Shown here piece by piece: positions 39,469 to 53,750 of a stretch of DNA of 64,000 nucleotides. Below the pieces are notes generated by a model. It was not told the origin of the DNA, ran no database searches, and saw only the letters and a list, made by a program, of their open reading frames with translations. The position numbers were made by a program, and so were the translations under genes. Position 1 is the stretch's first letter. The number at the start of each line of letters is the position of its first letter. This DNA is from Eledone cirrhosa (Eukaryota), in the NCBI GenBank assembly GCA_964016885.1, contig OZ024741.1, forward strand, positions 23,250,001-23,314,000, written 5' to 3'.

Positions 39469-40450
39469 GTGAAGATGTCTGAGACAGTAGCTCTTGACAG
39501 TCCATCATTCAACTCAGTTATTAATGCTGAAATCTTCAAATCAGCACCACCCACAAAAATCACTGCGAATAAAGCCAACTCTTCATGCCACGTGGGAACG
39601 GGAGAAACTATTGATATAACAAACAAGTACTTTTTTTACATCACAATTGCGAAGAGTCTTGATCATGATATGTCTGAACTTTCAATTTCTCCCTCAACAG
39701 TTTATCGAACAAGAACCAGTGACTGTGAAAAGATGGCTCAGGAAATCGAGTTATCCACTTTCCCACCTGAAGACAGATCCTGGCTTGTCTTTCACTGGGA
39801 TGGAGAGTTATTACTATTGGCTTCTCGATCCAGTACACTCGAAGATCGGATTGCAGTTTTAATTACAGGAAAAGGAAAGGAGGATTTCTTAGGTGTTCCA
39901 ATTGCAAGAGATGGAACTGGACAACAAATTACTAAAGTTGTTTTGAAGGAAATTCAACAACTCAAAATTGAAGATAGAATAATTGATGTCCTTCAACACC
40001 CCCACCTGTAACACCGGCATACACCAAGGAGCTAATACAAACATTGAGGCAACTCTGAAAAAATTCCTCCTGTAGCTGGCTTACCACCATCATATTCTTC
40101 AACTGGTTTTGAAGAAAGTTTTTGATATCTTTCACCCAGCATCTGGTCCCAGTATTCCAATGTTCAAAAAGTTCCAGGAACATTTGGACTCCATCAATAA
40201 GTCTTATTATCAAACTATCCTGGACGATGATGAACCCATGCAAGATTTTTACAAGCAAAAGACAGAGGAGATGGTTGTATATCTACTGACTGTACTTGCT
40301 TTCTGGAGATCATCCCTGAGAAGACTATGTCAGGTTCATAAAGTTCTCCCTTCTCTATCTTGGTGGTTGGCCATCTCCCAATCCTTGGTCCCAGAAGCTT
40401 ATCACCAGTCTCGTTGGATGGCTCAGGCTATATATGTATTCAAGATAGTA
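39469..40450 (+). pseudogene. Decayed DDE transposase, probably hAT superfamily (hATm-like; subfamily tentative)
   Basis: FHWDGELL, DRIAVL..FLGVP..GTG, NTG..GA, LAYHHHILQL, SGPSIPMFKKFQ, PEAYHQSRWMAQAIY; stops and frameshifts. Confidence 0.7.
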
Positions 40451-40837
40451 AGTCCAGAGCTTTACAAAAAGTCATTTCTTGTTATAAATTTCATTCACAA
40501 AAACTGTTTCTCAGTTTAACCCTAATATTGTTGAGTATTTTGAACATATTCCTCCTCATTTTCATTTCATTTTGTTCTGTCGAGTGGTTTCCTCATTGGA
40601 TTCAGTAGAGTGAACAGAAAAAACAATATACCAGAGACCAGCTCCAAAACATTGTCATAAATAATCATCACCTGACCTGACTTACCTTAAATGGGACAAC
40701 CCATCTAACACATGCTAGTGTGGAGAATGGCCATTAAATGATGATGAGATGGCGATGAAACAGTTAAGAAACTTTCTATTGCCACATATATGTCTCTCAT
40801 TAAAAGAAAATTACCCAAGCAAGAAGAGTGAGTTTAA

Positions 40838-41251
40838 CCCTTTAGCTACCAACCCGGCAAAACCAGCTCTGGTTCTATGAAATAAAGCCACCCATTTTAA
40901 ATGTTTCCAATTTAAATTAAAACCTTCCAACATAATTTTATATAAGAATCTTACATTAAGTTACTATCTTAGTAATGAAATAATTGTTTCTACTTTTGGC
41001 ACAAGGCCAGCAATTACCCAGTACATTACTGGTACTTTATTTTATCGACCCCGTAAGGATGAAAGGCAAAGTTAACCTCGGCAGGATTTGAACTCAGACC
41101 ATAAAGGGATGTAACTCTTTGCTGCAAAGCATGGCATCCAACCCTCTACCGATATTGCCAAATGAAATAATCGTTTAAATAAATCCCTCAAAATTCTTTA
41201 TTAATTAATTACAATAGAGTGTATTTCATTAGAAATATGGCCATGAAAGGG
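40838..41251. mobile_element. piggyBac-like MITE with a nested SINE (40985-41160, TSD AATGAAATAAT)
   Basis: TTAA|CCCTTT..AAAGGG|TTAA; TSD at 40974-40984 and 41161-41171; uninterrupted relative at ~55840-56070. Confidence 0.78.
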
Positions 41252-42194
41252 TTAAGAAACTTTCTATTACCTCATATATGTCCCACATGAAAAGAAAATG
41301 ATCAGAGCTAGAAAAGTAAGTTTAATGTTTTATTTACTGGCTACTTCTGTGGCATAGGACAACTTAAGCAGAACTGAGTGAAGCTACTTAATACTACATA
41401 GCCATGAAAAATAATATATGTGATTTGGTCCAGCAGCTTAATGACTCTGCTAACACATATTTCTTGATATTTTCTTAAACATCTACTGCTTCCCATGTTC
41501 TATTTACATTGATAACAATGGTATACACAGATTTCCTCTACCATCTCATCCCATCTAAACTGAGATTAAGGACAGTTTATGAAAATAGCTTGGTTACCAA
41601 GAGAAAATAGTTGTGCTCTGAATTATTCATTATACTTTGTGATTGCTAAATTAGAATTTTTTGTTATGTTCAGTTCAGTTGAGTATTGGCATGGAGATTT
41701 ACTTTTATATGGAGGACAATAACAAAACCTAACTGTAGTATATATATATATATATACATACGTACATATATATACATACATACGTACATATATATACATA
41801 CATACGTACATATATATACATACATACGTATATATATATACATACATACGTATATATACATACATACATATATATACGCACATACATACATACATACATA
41901 TATATATATATACACATACACCTCAAAACATCTACACACACATACACATGCATGCAGACATATCTACCTAGTTGATGTTGTGTAAATCCCAATGAGAGAG
42001 TCTTGTGTCTATTGGTAAAAAATTATTAAATTATAAAACCAGAAGAACATACATACATATACATACATATATACACATAGATAGATATATACATACATAT
42101 ATATATACATACATATACATACATATATACACATAGATATATATATACATATATATATACATACATATATATATACATACATATATATATACAC

Positions 42195-42231
<37 letters not shown>

Positions 42232-42317
42232 ATGAAAATTTGAACAGGGACAGAACAGAGAGGCAGTACGATAAATGTTTATTAAATTCACGCTCAGGAG
42301 AGTGGGGGGTAGGTGGG

Positions 42318-42354
42318 GGACGACGTTTCGGGCATAAGCCCTTCTTCAGGTGAG
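42318..42354 (-). ncRNA. Minimal hammerhead core with weak stem I, in a probable Penelope 3' remnant (~42230-43030)
   Basis: AC-CUGAAGA-aGGGC uuau GCCC-GAAA-CG-UC-GU; AATAAA ~40 nt downstream. Confidence 0.65.
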
Positions 42355-43041
42355 AGTTCAAAAGGTGTGTAGGGGAGTGGTGGAGAGACATATAGCGAAA
42401 GGAAACGGTGCGAATGAAAAATTAACAAATAAAGACAAAAATATAATAAATAATAAATAAAAATAAAGCATGATCAAATTACAAGGAATGAGAAAATTTA
42501 AAAATAAAGGCATGATCAAAATAAACTGAAATTAAAAGGGGGGTAAACAGGTGGTGGAAGGGTGTGGGGTGAGTAGAGGTGGAGGCGGGTGGAGTGGGGA
42601 GAGGGAGACGGGGTGTCCAAGCGGGGAGGGCTGAAGGTGGTGTGTGTGGTTAGGTGTGCGTGTGTGTGTGTGTATGTGAAAGTGAGGGTTGGGGGAAGAA
42701 CGGGGTTGCATGTTCAGGAAGGTGTGTGAGTGGGGGGTGTTTTTGTGGGTCGGAGGGTCCGTGCGTGTGTGGATAGGGGGGTGGGGGGAGAGGAATCAGG
42801 GGGCTGAGGGTGTAAATATGTGGTGGGAAGCACGTGTGTGTGGTTTAAGCGTGTTGTGGGTGTGGGTGGCGTGTGGATAAGAAAAATTTTTTGGGGGTGT
42901 GTGTGTGGGTGAGTTATATAGGTGATGGTGTAAGAGGATGGTTGAAAAGTGGTAAGTTACACGGATGTATGGAGATTTTGGTTGGAAGTCAATAACGCGT
43001 GTGGGAAATCCAAGAAGCGGTGGTCGGAAATATATATATAC

Positions 43042-43076
<35 letters not shown>

Positions 43077-43089
43077 CATATATATATAC

Positions 43090-43138
<49 letters not shown>

Positions 43139-43151
43139 CATATATATATAC

Positions 43152-43200
<49 letters not shown>

Positions 43201-43604
43201 CATATATATATACATACATATATATATATACATACATATATATATATACATACATATATATATATATACATATATATATACATACATATATATATATACA
43301 TACATATATATATACATACATATATATATATATACATATATATATACATATATATATATATACATATATATATACATACATATATACATACATATATATA
43401 TACATACATATATACATATACATACATATATACATATACATACATATATACATATACATACATATATATATATACATACATATATATATACATACATATA
43501 TATATAAATACATATATATATATAAATACATATATATATATAAATACATATATATATATAAATACATATATATAAATACATATATATATATAAATACATA
43601 TATA

Positions 43605-43636
<32 letters not shown>

Positions 43637-43750
43637 CATATATATATACATACATATATATATACATACATATATATATATATACATATATACATACATA
43701 TATATATACATACATATATATATACATACATATATATATACATACATATA

Positions 43751-44988
43751 TCATCATCATCATCATCATCATCAACGTTTAACGTCCGTGTTCCACGCTT
43801 GCATGGGTTTGGACGGGGGTAGTCCCACTTGAGGCAAGAGTGATTGTCTTGCTCGCATAGGACTGTCTGGCAGGTTTTCTACAGTTGGATGCCCTTCCTA
43901 ACACCAACCACATTTACAGTGTGGGTCTGGGAGGTTTTTACCGTGTTGCCTACACGGCCACATTACAGCGTGGACTGTGTGTTTTTTTGTCGTGACACCT
44001 ACACGATCTCATTTGTTTCGGCCTCGATGGCGCGGCACCAACATAACTTTACATAGAACGGGGTGGTGTGGATCGGGTGGGGGTGGTGGGACGGGGTGTA
44101 TTTTGTTAGAGATGCCTACTGGCTGGAGTAGGTTTTACTATATATTTAGGTAAGGCGGGTCTTCTCTGTTACTGAGTACCGCCAAAGGTCTCGGTCCAGT
44201 GACATTGTCTTGGAGAGGTGTAAGTGTGTGATGTCGGAGTTTATCAGCTCGTCCCAGGTTTTTCTAGGTCTGCCTATTCCGTGACTACCGTCTATCTTTA
44301 TTGCCCTGCACTTTGTTATACAGCTATCGACTTTCATGCGCATCACGTGTCCATACCAACGTAGCCTTCTCTCGAGTAAACAACATCTGATCCCTCTTAT
44401 CTCTAATTTATTCCTTAGTTCGTTTATGCTTTGCCGTTCACGTATATTACTGTTACACATCCAGCGGAGCATGCAAGCTTCGTTCCTCTCTAGTCTGCGT
44501 ATATCCTCTGCACACAATGCCCAGGTCTCACTGCCATGCAGCATTGCTGTTCGTATGCAGGCATCGTACAACCTGCCTTTCATTTTTAGTGAGAACCCTT
44601 TAGCAGCTAATAGTGGTATAAGCTCTCTGAACTTTTTCCAACCAGTTCTGACTCTAGCTACAGTACTTTCAGAGCACCCTCCCCCACTGCTGATTTTATC
44701 GCCCAGGTAACGGAAGCTGTCCACTATTTCTATAGAACCCTCTGCGCAATTGAAAGAGCTAGTAGTTTGTGGGCACTTGCTGCTACTTATTGCACCAGAG
44801 CACCGGCCACATGTAAAATCTATGTTCTTAGTTAGCCTACCTGTGATCCCACTACATCTTTTATGCACCCATACTTTGCATTTAGGACATAAAATGGAGT
44901 TTCTACCTACGCCTTTCCTACACACCGAGCACGACCATTTCCCAGAAGGGACCGCCGCCTTGTTTTCTTTCCTACAAACTAGTACTTT
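43751..44988 (-). mobile_element. RTE LINE 3' part (Cys/His finger plus C-terminus)
   Basis: ORF 44146-45120: CSVC..CPKC..HKRC..CGRC, FRYLG, LHGSETW, WYGHVMR. Confidence 0.93.
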
Positions 44989-45078
44989 ATATACATATAT
45001 ATATATATACATACATACATATATATATACATATATATATATACATACATACATATATATATACATACATATATATAC

Positions 45079-45109
<31 letters not shown>

Positions 45110-45127
45110 CATACATACATACATATA

Positions 45128-45737
45128 TGGTGGCTGCCAACTCGTTTTCGAGTACGGCCACTACTTTATATCCATGTAGGAGAACCCCTACCGATGCGCT
45201 GAACGAGTGTGACTTTTCAGTCCGGCCAGCGACTTGAAAACCCCGGTACAAACACTACACATGTGACAATTATTGACACATAGTGCTGGGCCCATGGTGC
45301 CATGTGACGACAAGTGCAGAGAGATCTCCAGATATAAAGCAATGCCTGTGCCGTGAAGTTTTTATAGTGAGCAAAGGCACTGCACAAAGCCAGTCCCACT
45401 CTCTTAACCAAGATGATATTTACCAAAAAGAAGAACAAGTTAACATCATTGGATACCATCAGCGTTGCAGGTGTGATATCAGAGTTTTCCTTCTCCTAGA
45501 ATTCTGCCTTGACAAAGGCTAAGGGGTCATCTCTCCCGGTGATTTTGGATGGCCATTGACTTTTAAGAGCTCCTTTGCCCTTTGACAGGTTTTGTTTTTA
45601 GTCCTGCAGGATGTCCAAAGTCACCCTCCTCACCAAGAAACCTTGGTGGGGTTGCCAGTTTAGTCGCCAACGACCCAACCATGGGACAGGTTGTACTGGG
45701 ATACATGTTACCAGTAGCACCAACTGGTGACCTGACA
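45128..45737 (-). mobile_element. Probable internally deleted RTE-like element (5' UTR-like part joined to C2H2-encoding 3' end)
   Basis: [25 protein letters not shown] near 45190-45265; both ends in TA/TACA repeats. Confidence 0.55.
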
Positions 45738-46149
45738 TAATATACATACATACATATATACATACATACACACATATATACATATATATATATATATACA
45801 TACATACATACTTACATACATACATATATACATACATACACACATATATACATATATATATATATATACATACATACATACTTACATACATACATATATA
45901 CATACATACACACATATATACATATATATATATATACATACATACATACATATATATATATATATACATATATATATACCTACATACATTCAAACATGTA
46001 TATACATACACAACATATACACATACAGAGACACCTATACACACACCCACCTACACACTGCCCAAACAACAATAATTGTCACAACAACAACAACAACATC
46101 AGCCCAGCAATAAACACAACTATCACTACCACTTGAACAACAACCACAG

Positions 46150-46316
46150 AAATGAAAGTAGTAGTGGTAGTAGTATGTAGTAGTGGTTGTGGTAGTAGTA
46201 ATGGTGGTGGCGGTAGTAGAGTAGTATTTAGTAGTAGTAATAGTGGTGGTGGTGGTAGTAGTAGTAGTAGCAACAGTAGTAGCAGTAGTAGCAGCAAAAG
46301 TAGTAGTAGCAGCAAC

Positions 46317-46353
<37 letters not shown>

Positions 46354-46460
46354 ATAGCAGCAACAGTAGTAGTAGTAGTAGCAGCAACAGTAGTAGTAGC
46401 AGCAACAGTAGTAGTAGCAGCAACAGTAGTAGTAGTAGTAGCAGCAACAGTAGTAGTAGT
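46150..46460. repeat. (GTA/GCA)n microsatellite
   Basis: Direct inspection. Confidence 0.95.
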
Positions 46461-46534
46461 CACTGTTATACAACCACAATAATAAACAACAGAGATTGGA
46501 CCAACAAATGGAGATTTAGTAGAAAAAATAACAA

Positions 46535-48410
46535 AACCAACCAACCCACCTACCTACCCATCTACCATACCACCAACCCACCAACCCACCCATCTTCCAG
46601 CCCACCAACCCACCTACCTACCCATCTACCATACCACCAACCCACCAACCCACCCATCTTCCAGCCCACCAACCTACCTACCTACCCATCTTCCAGCCCA
46701 CCAACCCACCTATCTACCCATCTACCATACCACCAACCCACCTACCTACCCATCTTCCAGCCCACCAACCTACCTACCTACCCATCTTCCAGCCCACCAA
46801 CCCACCTACCTACCCATCTTCCAGCCCACCAACCCACCTACCTACCCATCTTCCAGCCCACCAACCTACCTACCTACCTACCCATCTTCCATACCACAAA
46901 CCCACCTACCTACCCATCTTCCAGCCCACCAACCCACCTACCTACCCATCTTCCAGCCCACCAACCTACCTACCTACCTACCCATCTTCCAGCCCACTAA
47001 CCCACCTACCTACCCATCTTCCAGCCCACCAACCCACCTACCTACCCATCTTTCAGCCCACCAACCCACCTTCCTACCCATCTACCATACCACCAACCCA
47101 CCTACCTACCCATCTTCCAGCCCACCAACCCACCTACCCATCTTCCAGCCCACCAACCTACCCATCTTCCAGCCCACCAACCCACCTACCTACCATACCA
47201 CCAACCCACCTACCTACCCATCTTCCAGCCCACCAACCCACCTACCTACCATACCACCAACCCACCTTCCATGCCACCAACCCACCTACCTACCCATCTA
47301 CCATACCACCAACCCACCTACCTACCCATCTTCCAGCCCACCAACCCATCTACCTACCATACCACCAACCTACCTACCTACCCATCTTCCATACCACCAA
47401 CCTACTTACCTACCCATCTTCCATACCACCAACCCACCTACCTGCCCATCTACCATACCACCAACCCACCTACCTACCCATCTTCCATACCACCAACCTA
47501 CCTACCTACCCATCTACCATACCACCAACCCACCTACCTACCCATCTTCCAGCCCACCAACCTACCCATCTTCCAGCCCACCAACCCACCTACCTACCAT
47601 ACCACCAACCCACCTACCTACCCATCTTCCAGCCCACCAACCCACCTACCTACCCATCTACCATACCACCAACCCACCTACCTACCCATCTTTCAGCCCA
47701 TCTACCATACCACCAACCCACCCATCTTCCAGCCCACCAACCCACCTACCTACCATACCACCAACCCACCTACCTACCCATCTACCAGCCCACCAACCCA
47801 CCTACCTACCCACCTTCCATGCCACCAACCCACCTACCTACCCATCTTTCAGCCCATCTACCATACCACCAACCCACCTACCTACCCATCTACCATACCA
47901 CCTACCTACCCATCTTCCATACCACCAACCTACCTACCTACCCATCTTTCAGCCCACCTACCATACCACCAACCTACCTACCTACCCATCTTCAGCCCAC
48001 CTACCATACCACCTACCTACCTACCTACCTACCTACCATACCACCAACCCACCTATCTACCCATCTACCATACCACCAACCTACCTACCCATCTTCCAGC
48101 CCACCAACCCACCTACCTACCCATCTACCAGCCCACCTACCATACCACCAACCCACCTACCTACCCATCTACCTACCTACCATACCACCAACCTACCCAT
48201 CTACCAGCCCACCAACCTACCAACCTACCCACCTACCATACCACCAACCTACCTACCTATCTACCTACCCATCTACCATACCACCAACTCACCAACCATA
48301 CCACCAACCTACCAACCTACCATACCACCAACCTACCTACCTATCTACCTACCCATCTACCATACCACCAACCCACCTACCATACCACCAACCAACCCAC
48401 CTACCAACAA
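46535..48410. repeat. Complex C-rich (CCTA/CCCA/CCATCTT) satellite
   Basis: Direct inspection. Confidence 0.95.
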
Positions 48411-51400
48411 TCAATAGAGTTGAATTAGACAACATGCCAATTGTCTACTTTAGACAGTGAGTAATTAATCTGACAAGGCTCCCTTTAGAGAAATTGACCA
48501 ATTTATTACTTAGATACAAACTATCTTCAGACAATTTCACTTACTGGTGTAAACATGTGTCTGTCATTTTAGCTTCTTTATTTAGCTATGGTTCACTGAT
48601 ATATCATTACAACAAAATAAAGTAGCTAATAAACAAAATATTATGGGAGGAAAACACAGCAATAATCACTGTAGATGTCACACAAATGTGTGACGAAAGA
48701 ACTGAGAAATTATAATTATATTTTCTCTAATTCTTATTACCTCTGCACTTATAATTATATTTATAATTTTAACTGCTAGCTAAAATATTCATTAAAATAT
48801 ACTGAAGCGAAAACCAAAAAACAGTGTGTTTTACTATTTTTGGCAATATTAGAACATGACCCTCCCCAAATATAATAATAAGGTTTTTATTATTTCATTT
48901 ATTATAGGGTAGTAGATTCGTAGAATCCAGGGTTGAATTTATATCAGGCCAGAGAGGGTATTTGCCTCAGTTATCCCTCCTCCATCAGCTGGGGTGAGGG
49001 CCTAGTAAGATAGATAGATATGCTTTGGGACTGCCAAAACCCTGCCTCCTAATAGGATTTATGGTTTTATTTTCTAGACACACCAGAACAATGTTTTTAA
49101 CAAAAAGTACTTAATGTCAATCCTGTGGTCAATCCATTAAAATTTCTCAACTATTCATTACCAGAACAATATTTAATAAAAAGTACTTAATGTCACTTTT
49201 ATGGCAATTCATTGAAATTTCTCTACTTTAGATGGTTGTGTTGAAAGTAAGGGGATGTGATCATCCGGTTTTATGCAAGAATATGGTGTATATGTGTATG
49301 TTTGCATGTGTGTATATATAAATATATATTTGTGTATGTGACCAGGCTTTACATGGGGAAGGGTGGTGTACATCATGGCTAATAGTTGGTCCACCTCACT
49401 GTGACCAGGCACTGTATTACAGAGAAAACAAAGGAATAGGTGCTGGTTTTTAATGTGATTGTAATATCCAGTAACACAATTCTAGTTTAGTGGGACTGAT
49501 AACTTACACTGTACTGATATTTTCATTTACCATATTTCTCAATATCAAAAACACTATTTTTTCCCTAAAATAAGTCTCAAAAATCTACCATGCAACTTGG
49601 AGGCCAAAGATTGCATTTTTCATAGTCATATCCTAACCCCAGAGGAAAGTTATCTATGCTAGACAGTAATCTGACCTCCTGTATATGACCTCTTATAGAC
49701 AGTAATCTGAACTCCTGTATATGACCTCTCAATTTAGTAGTAAATAAACAAAAGTATCATAAAAAATTAGGTAACAAGACCCAAATGCCAGGACCTTATT
49801 TCTATGTTTATTGTTGTTTTTTAAATGTTTGGTTGTCAAAATTGGGGTATGTCCTCGAGGGTGAAGCATCTTTGATGACAGGAAATATGGTAAGTAGATT
49901 CCCTCTAGTGATGATAGCTGCAGTCATTCAGCATTAATTCTAGCATGATTGAACTAGATTGAACTATGAGCATTTGTCCACACTCATAAAAGGACTTAAA
50001 TTCAGCCCTGCAAGTCAACAAAATATGTATACAGTACACTCATTACTTTCATATGAAACTACTTATTTGGTGACTTGAACCAGTTAATAAAAAAAAAATT
50101 TATTATTGATTATTAAAATGCATTTTTTGTGACTTTGTTATTCATTAACTTATTCCAAATTTTCTCTTTGTTCTTGTTTTCCCACTATTAATGATATATT
50201 AACAGTTGCAGCTGTTTTGTTTATAAATATACCACACTATTAGCGATATATTAACAGTTGCAACTGTCATTAATGTGCCAGATGTACAATCACTTAAACA
50301 AGAATAATTTGCTCCATCAGAGATGGATTTTCCTATGGAAATAATTGAAATTAGTACTACCAGTCAATCAAATACCTGTAATTTCAGTACTGCCACTACT
50401 TATAATAGTGAAATTATATCATCTCTAGTACTTTGTTAACTACTTTTGGGTACTTTTGGGTCTTGAATAATTGTCCCACATCCCATGTTTACAAATACTT
50501 TGTTGATACATTACCTGTATTACTTAAGTCAAGCATCATCATTTTTACGTCCGTTTTTCCAGGCTTGCATGGGTCCTTCTCAGCACAACATCTCTCTACT
50601 TGTCGTGTTCCTTCATCTCCTCTGTGAGTCTCAGTGATTTGAGGTCAGCTCTCACCACCTCTGCTCAGGTCTTTCTTGGTCTACCTCTCCTGCACACCAC
50701 CTCAGATTCCTCTTAAACCCAGCTTCTCCCTCAGTTCATCCAAGCTTTACTTTTCTCTCACAATTACATTGCACATCCAATGGTGCATGGTCGCTTCGTT
50801 TTTCTTCAGTCCACACGTGTCTTCTGCAATCACTGTCCATGTTTCACTACCATGCAACATCGCACACAGTCGTCCTTTTGTATATAGGAAGAAACCTTTT
50901 GATGTCAACAGTGGGAGTAGCTCTCTAAAGGCATCAAGAGATAAATCTTTTCATACACACACCGATATATAAAATAGAAACTTCAAGTAGAAAAGACCCA
51001 CTCCACCCCACCATATATCTTACACTTGGTCATAAACACCCCACCCCACATCTCAATAAAAAGCAAAAACAAATATAAGAAAGGTTAAAAATATTTTTAT
51101 CCCTTGAAAAATCACAATTGAAATGTCTAGCAGGATTTTCATGTCACAGGACATTTACCATGAAGGTACTGCAACAATCATAACATCACTGCATTCATCA
51201 TCATTATCATTACAATTATAATCATCATCTTCATCACCATCACTATTATAAAGTCATTGCATTGTATAGAAAATTGTGATGGTGAATTACCATGAAGGAC
51301 TTTGATATAGATAAAAAACCCAAAAAATTTTCGTAAAACATGACAAGTAATTCCTGCAACAGTAGTATCTCAGGAATTACCTGAGACACTGCTGTCAGGA

Positions 51401-51484
51401 ATTACCTGGGATTAGTGTCTCAGGAGTTACCTGATACTAATGTCAGGTAACTCCTGATATATTAGCGTCAGGTAATTCCTGAGA

Positions 51485-51812
51485 CTCTAGTGTCACATTG
51501 TAACAAGTTTACTCTAGTGTCACATTGTAACAAGTTTACTCTAGTGTCACATTGTAACAAGTTTACTCTAGTGTCACATTGTAACAAGTTTACTCTAGTG
51601 TCACATTGTAACAAGTTTACACTAGTGTCACATTGTAACAAGTTTACTCTAGTGTCACATTGTAACAAGTTTACACTAGTGTCACATTGTAACAAGTTTA
51701 CTCTAGTGTCACATTGTAACAAGTTTACACTAGTGTCACATTGTAACAAGTTTACACTAGTGTCACATTGTAACAAGTTTACTCTAGTGTCACATTGTAA
51801 CAAGTTTACTCT
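51485..51812. repeat. 27-bp minisatellite, ~12 copies
   Basis: ACTCTAGTGTCACATTGTAACAAGTTT. Confidence 0.95.
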
Positions 51813-51993
51813 GTATTTTAATAGTTCCAAATTTATGATTTATTAATTTCAGAAATTTCAGAAATATTTGTTGTTGTTTTTTATTCGTTTTTGTGTATTG
51901 TATTAACTAAAATGTTTAGTTGTAGTTCCAAGAGGAAGCTGTTATCATTTACAACATACAAAGACAACACTTTCCTCTTTGTTAAAGCTGCCA

Positions 51994-52111
51994 TCAGCTA
52001 CTCTTCGACTTCAAACGGTGATCCTTAAGGCATTTTGGTGTACAGAATCGGTAATTGTAATATTCAAAAGGGATCAGTCCACTGATATTACATTGGCATT
52101 GAGAACAGCGG
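51994..52111 (-). CDS. ANKZF1: ANKZF1/Vms1 last coding exon (C-terminal treble-clef zinc finger)
   Basis: ttttacag|C then RCSQCQCNISGLIPFEYYNYRFCTPKCLKDHRLKSKSS*; phase 2 matches the previous exon. Confidence 0.92.
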
Positions 52112-52822
52112 CTGTAAAATGGAAGAAGAAAAATAAGGAATTTTGGTGGGATTTGAACTTAGATCAATGATTTACTGGATTGTAAAACACTGCCTCCTCT
52201 CACTCTACCCACAGCTTTTCTCAGCCTGGCCTAGGACACAATGAACACCCCAGTGTTACAATAGAGTAGTTCTGGTACCACAATAAAATGCACCCAGTCC
52301 ACTCTGTAAAGTGATAGGTAGTGCTGATGCCACAATAAAATGCACCCAGTCCCCTCTGTAAAGTGGTGCCACAATAAAATTCATCCAGCGCACTCTATAA
52401 AGTGGTAGGTAGTGCTGGTGCCATGATGAAATGTTCCCGGTACACAATGTAGATTGGTTACAATAAGAAGGACGTCCAGCCATAGAAATCAAACCAAATA
52501 ATTGTGAAAATACCAAGAATTTGGTGGGATTTAGTAATGTAACTAATTTTTTCATTAATAAGCTGGGGTTTGGAACATAACTTAACAAAGGTTCTTACAT
52601 TAAATTATAATCAATGCTTTTTAGATAAATATGAAAACTTTAAAATATAAAAGGACTGTTTGATATCAAGGGGATTAAATGTACAAAGCAACCAATTCGG
52701 CATGGTACTGTTTCAGAATGCCATTCAAATGGATGATTGTGTGAAATATCTTTTAATGTGACTGTCTGTCTAATGAATAGAACATTACTTAAAAGATCTG
52801 TAAAGTAGATCAAGCTCTAATA

Positions 52823-53152
52823 CTGTGGGACCTTAGTTCATGAATTTCATTCATTCCTGGAGGCCGTTTGTCACCTGAAATGTTCGTAAACCAAAACTAT
52901 TTTTCCCATACGAAATATTGAGAGAGAGAAAGAGAAACTGTGTGTGAAAGACAGATATCACTATAGTAATTAACTACACAGTAAGTGACACTTTCTGGCT
53001 GATACTCCCAGCTTATTGCCAACCGTTGTTGCTGGTTTGTGTGTTCAGTACTTGGGACACAGTTCATTATTTGAGATGTTTAATGTTCAGAAAAATTGTT
53101 CATGAACCGATTTGTTTGTGGTGAGAGGTGTTCATGAACTGAGGTTCCACTG
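52823..53152. mobile_element. Tigger/pogo-like MITE
   Basis: TA|CTGTGGGACCTTAGTTCATGAA...TTCATGAACTGAGGTTCCACTG|TA. Confidence 0.75.
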
Positions 53153-53297
53153 TATTTATTGTGGCGTAATTAGTTTTGGCTGGTCAAGGTCAGAGAGGAT
53201 AAAGCAATGCTTAACAGAATTGTGAATCAACAAACTTTACACAGATCATGCAGTCAGATTTAAAACTTTCTTACAAGTCCAAGACCTATTTTAGGTA

Positions 53298-53602
53298 CTC
53301 TCAGGTTTCGAATAATTGTCCCCCCAACCCCCAAGCTTATTAAATTTGGCTAATCTTTCTCTGGTGAAATTTTATTTTAAATGATAGCATTCTTGTGATA
53401 ATTATTTTTTTTATTATACATTAAAAAACATTGTACCTGACAAAAAAGTACATTACAAGAAATCCCATATGTTATAAAATAAATAGGATGGGTTGAGCTC
53501 TCAACAATATGTAAACTAAATGACTAATTCTGGTTTTTAAAAAAATCAACAGAGACAACCTAGGAAAATTACCCCCCACCCCCATTATTTGGGATCTGTG
53601 AG
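53298..53602. mobile_element. TA-flanked MITE
   Basis: TA|CTCTCAGGTTTCGAATAAT...ATTATTTGGGATCTGTGAG|TA. Confidence 0.7.
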
Positions 53603-53750
53603 TACTTAATATTTGAGTCACCAGAAGCTATTATATAATGTGTAGGGAAAGGTATGATATTAGCATTCATTTCAATACATCTGCTATTCTTACCTAATTT
53701 AACACCTGGAAAGGAATTCAAAAGCTATGAGTGACAAGAAAGTGCCTTAA

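Noticed and set aside
42796-43832. YI/HT-rich ORFs here and at ~6, 11, 12, 23, 25 and 41 kb
   Set aside because: Translations of (TA)n/(TACA)n microsatellites
46035-48460. Ser-rich and PTHLP-repeat ORFs
   Set aside because: Low-complexity satellite
49845-49896. Possible exon ending in GTAAGT
   Set aside because: No acceptor or peptidase similarity; resembles a DNA-transposon terminus
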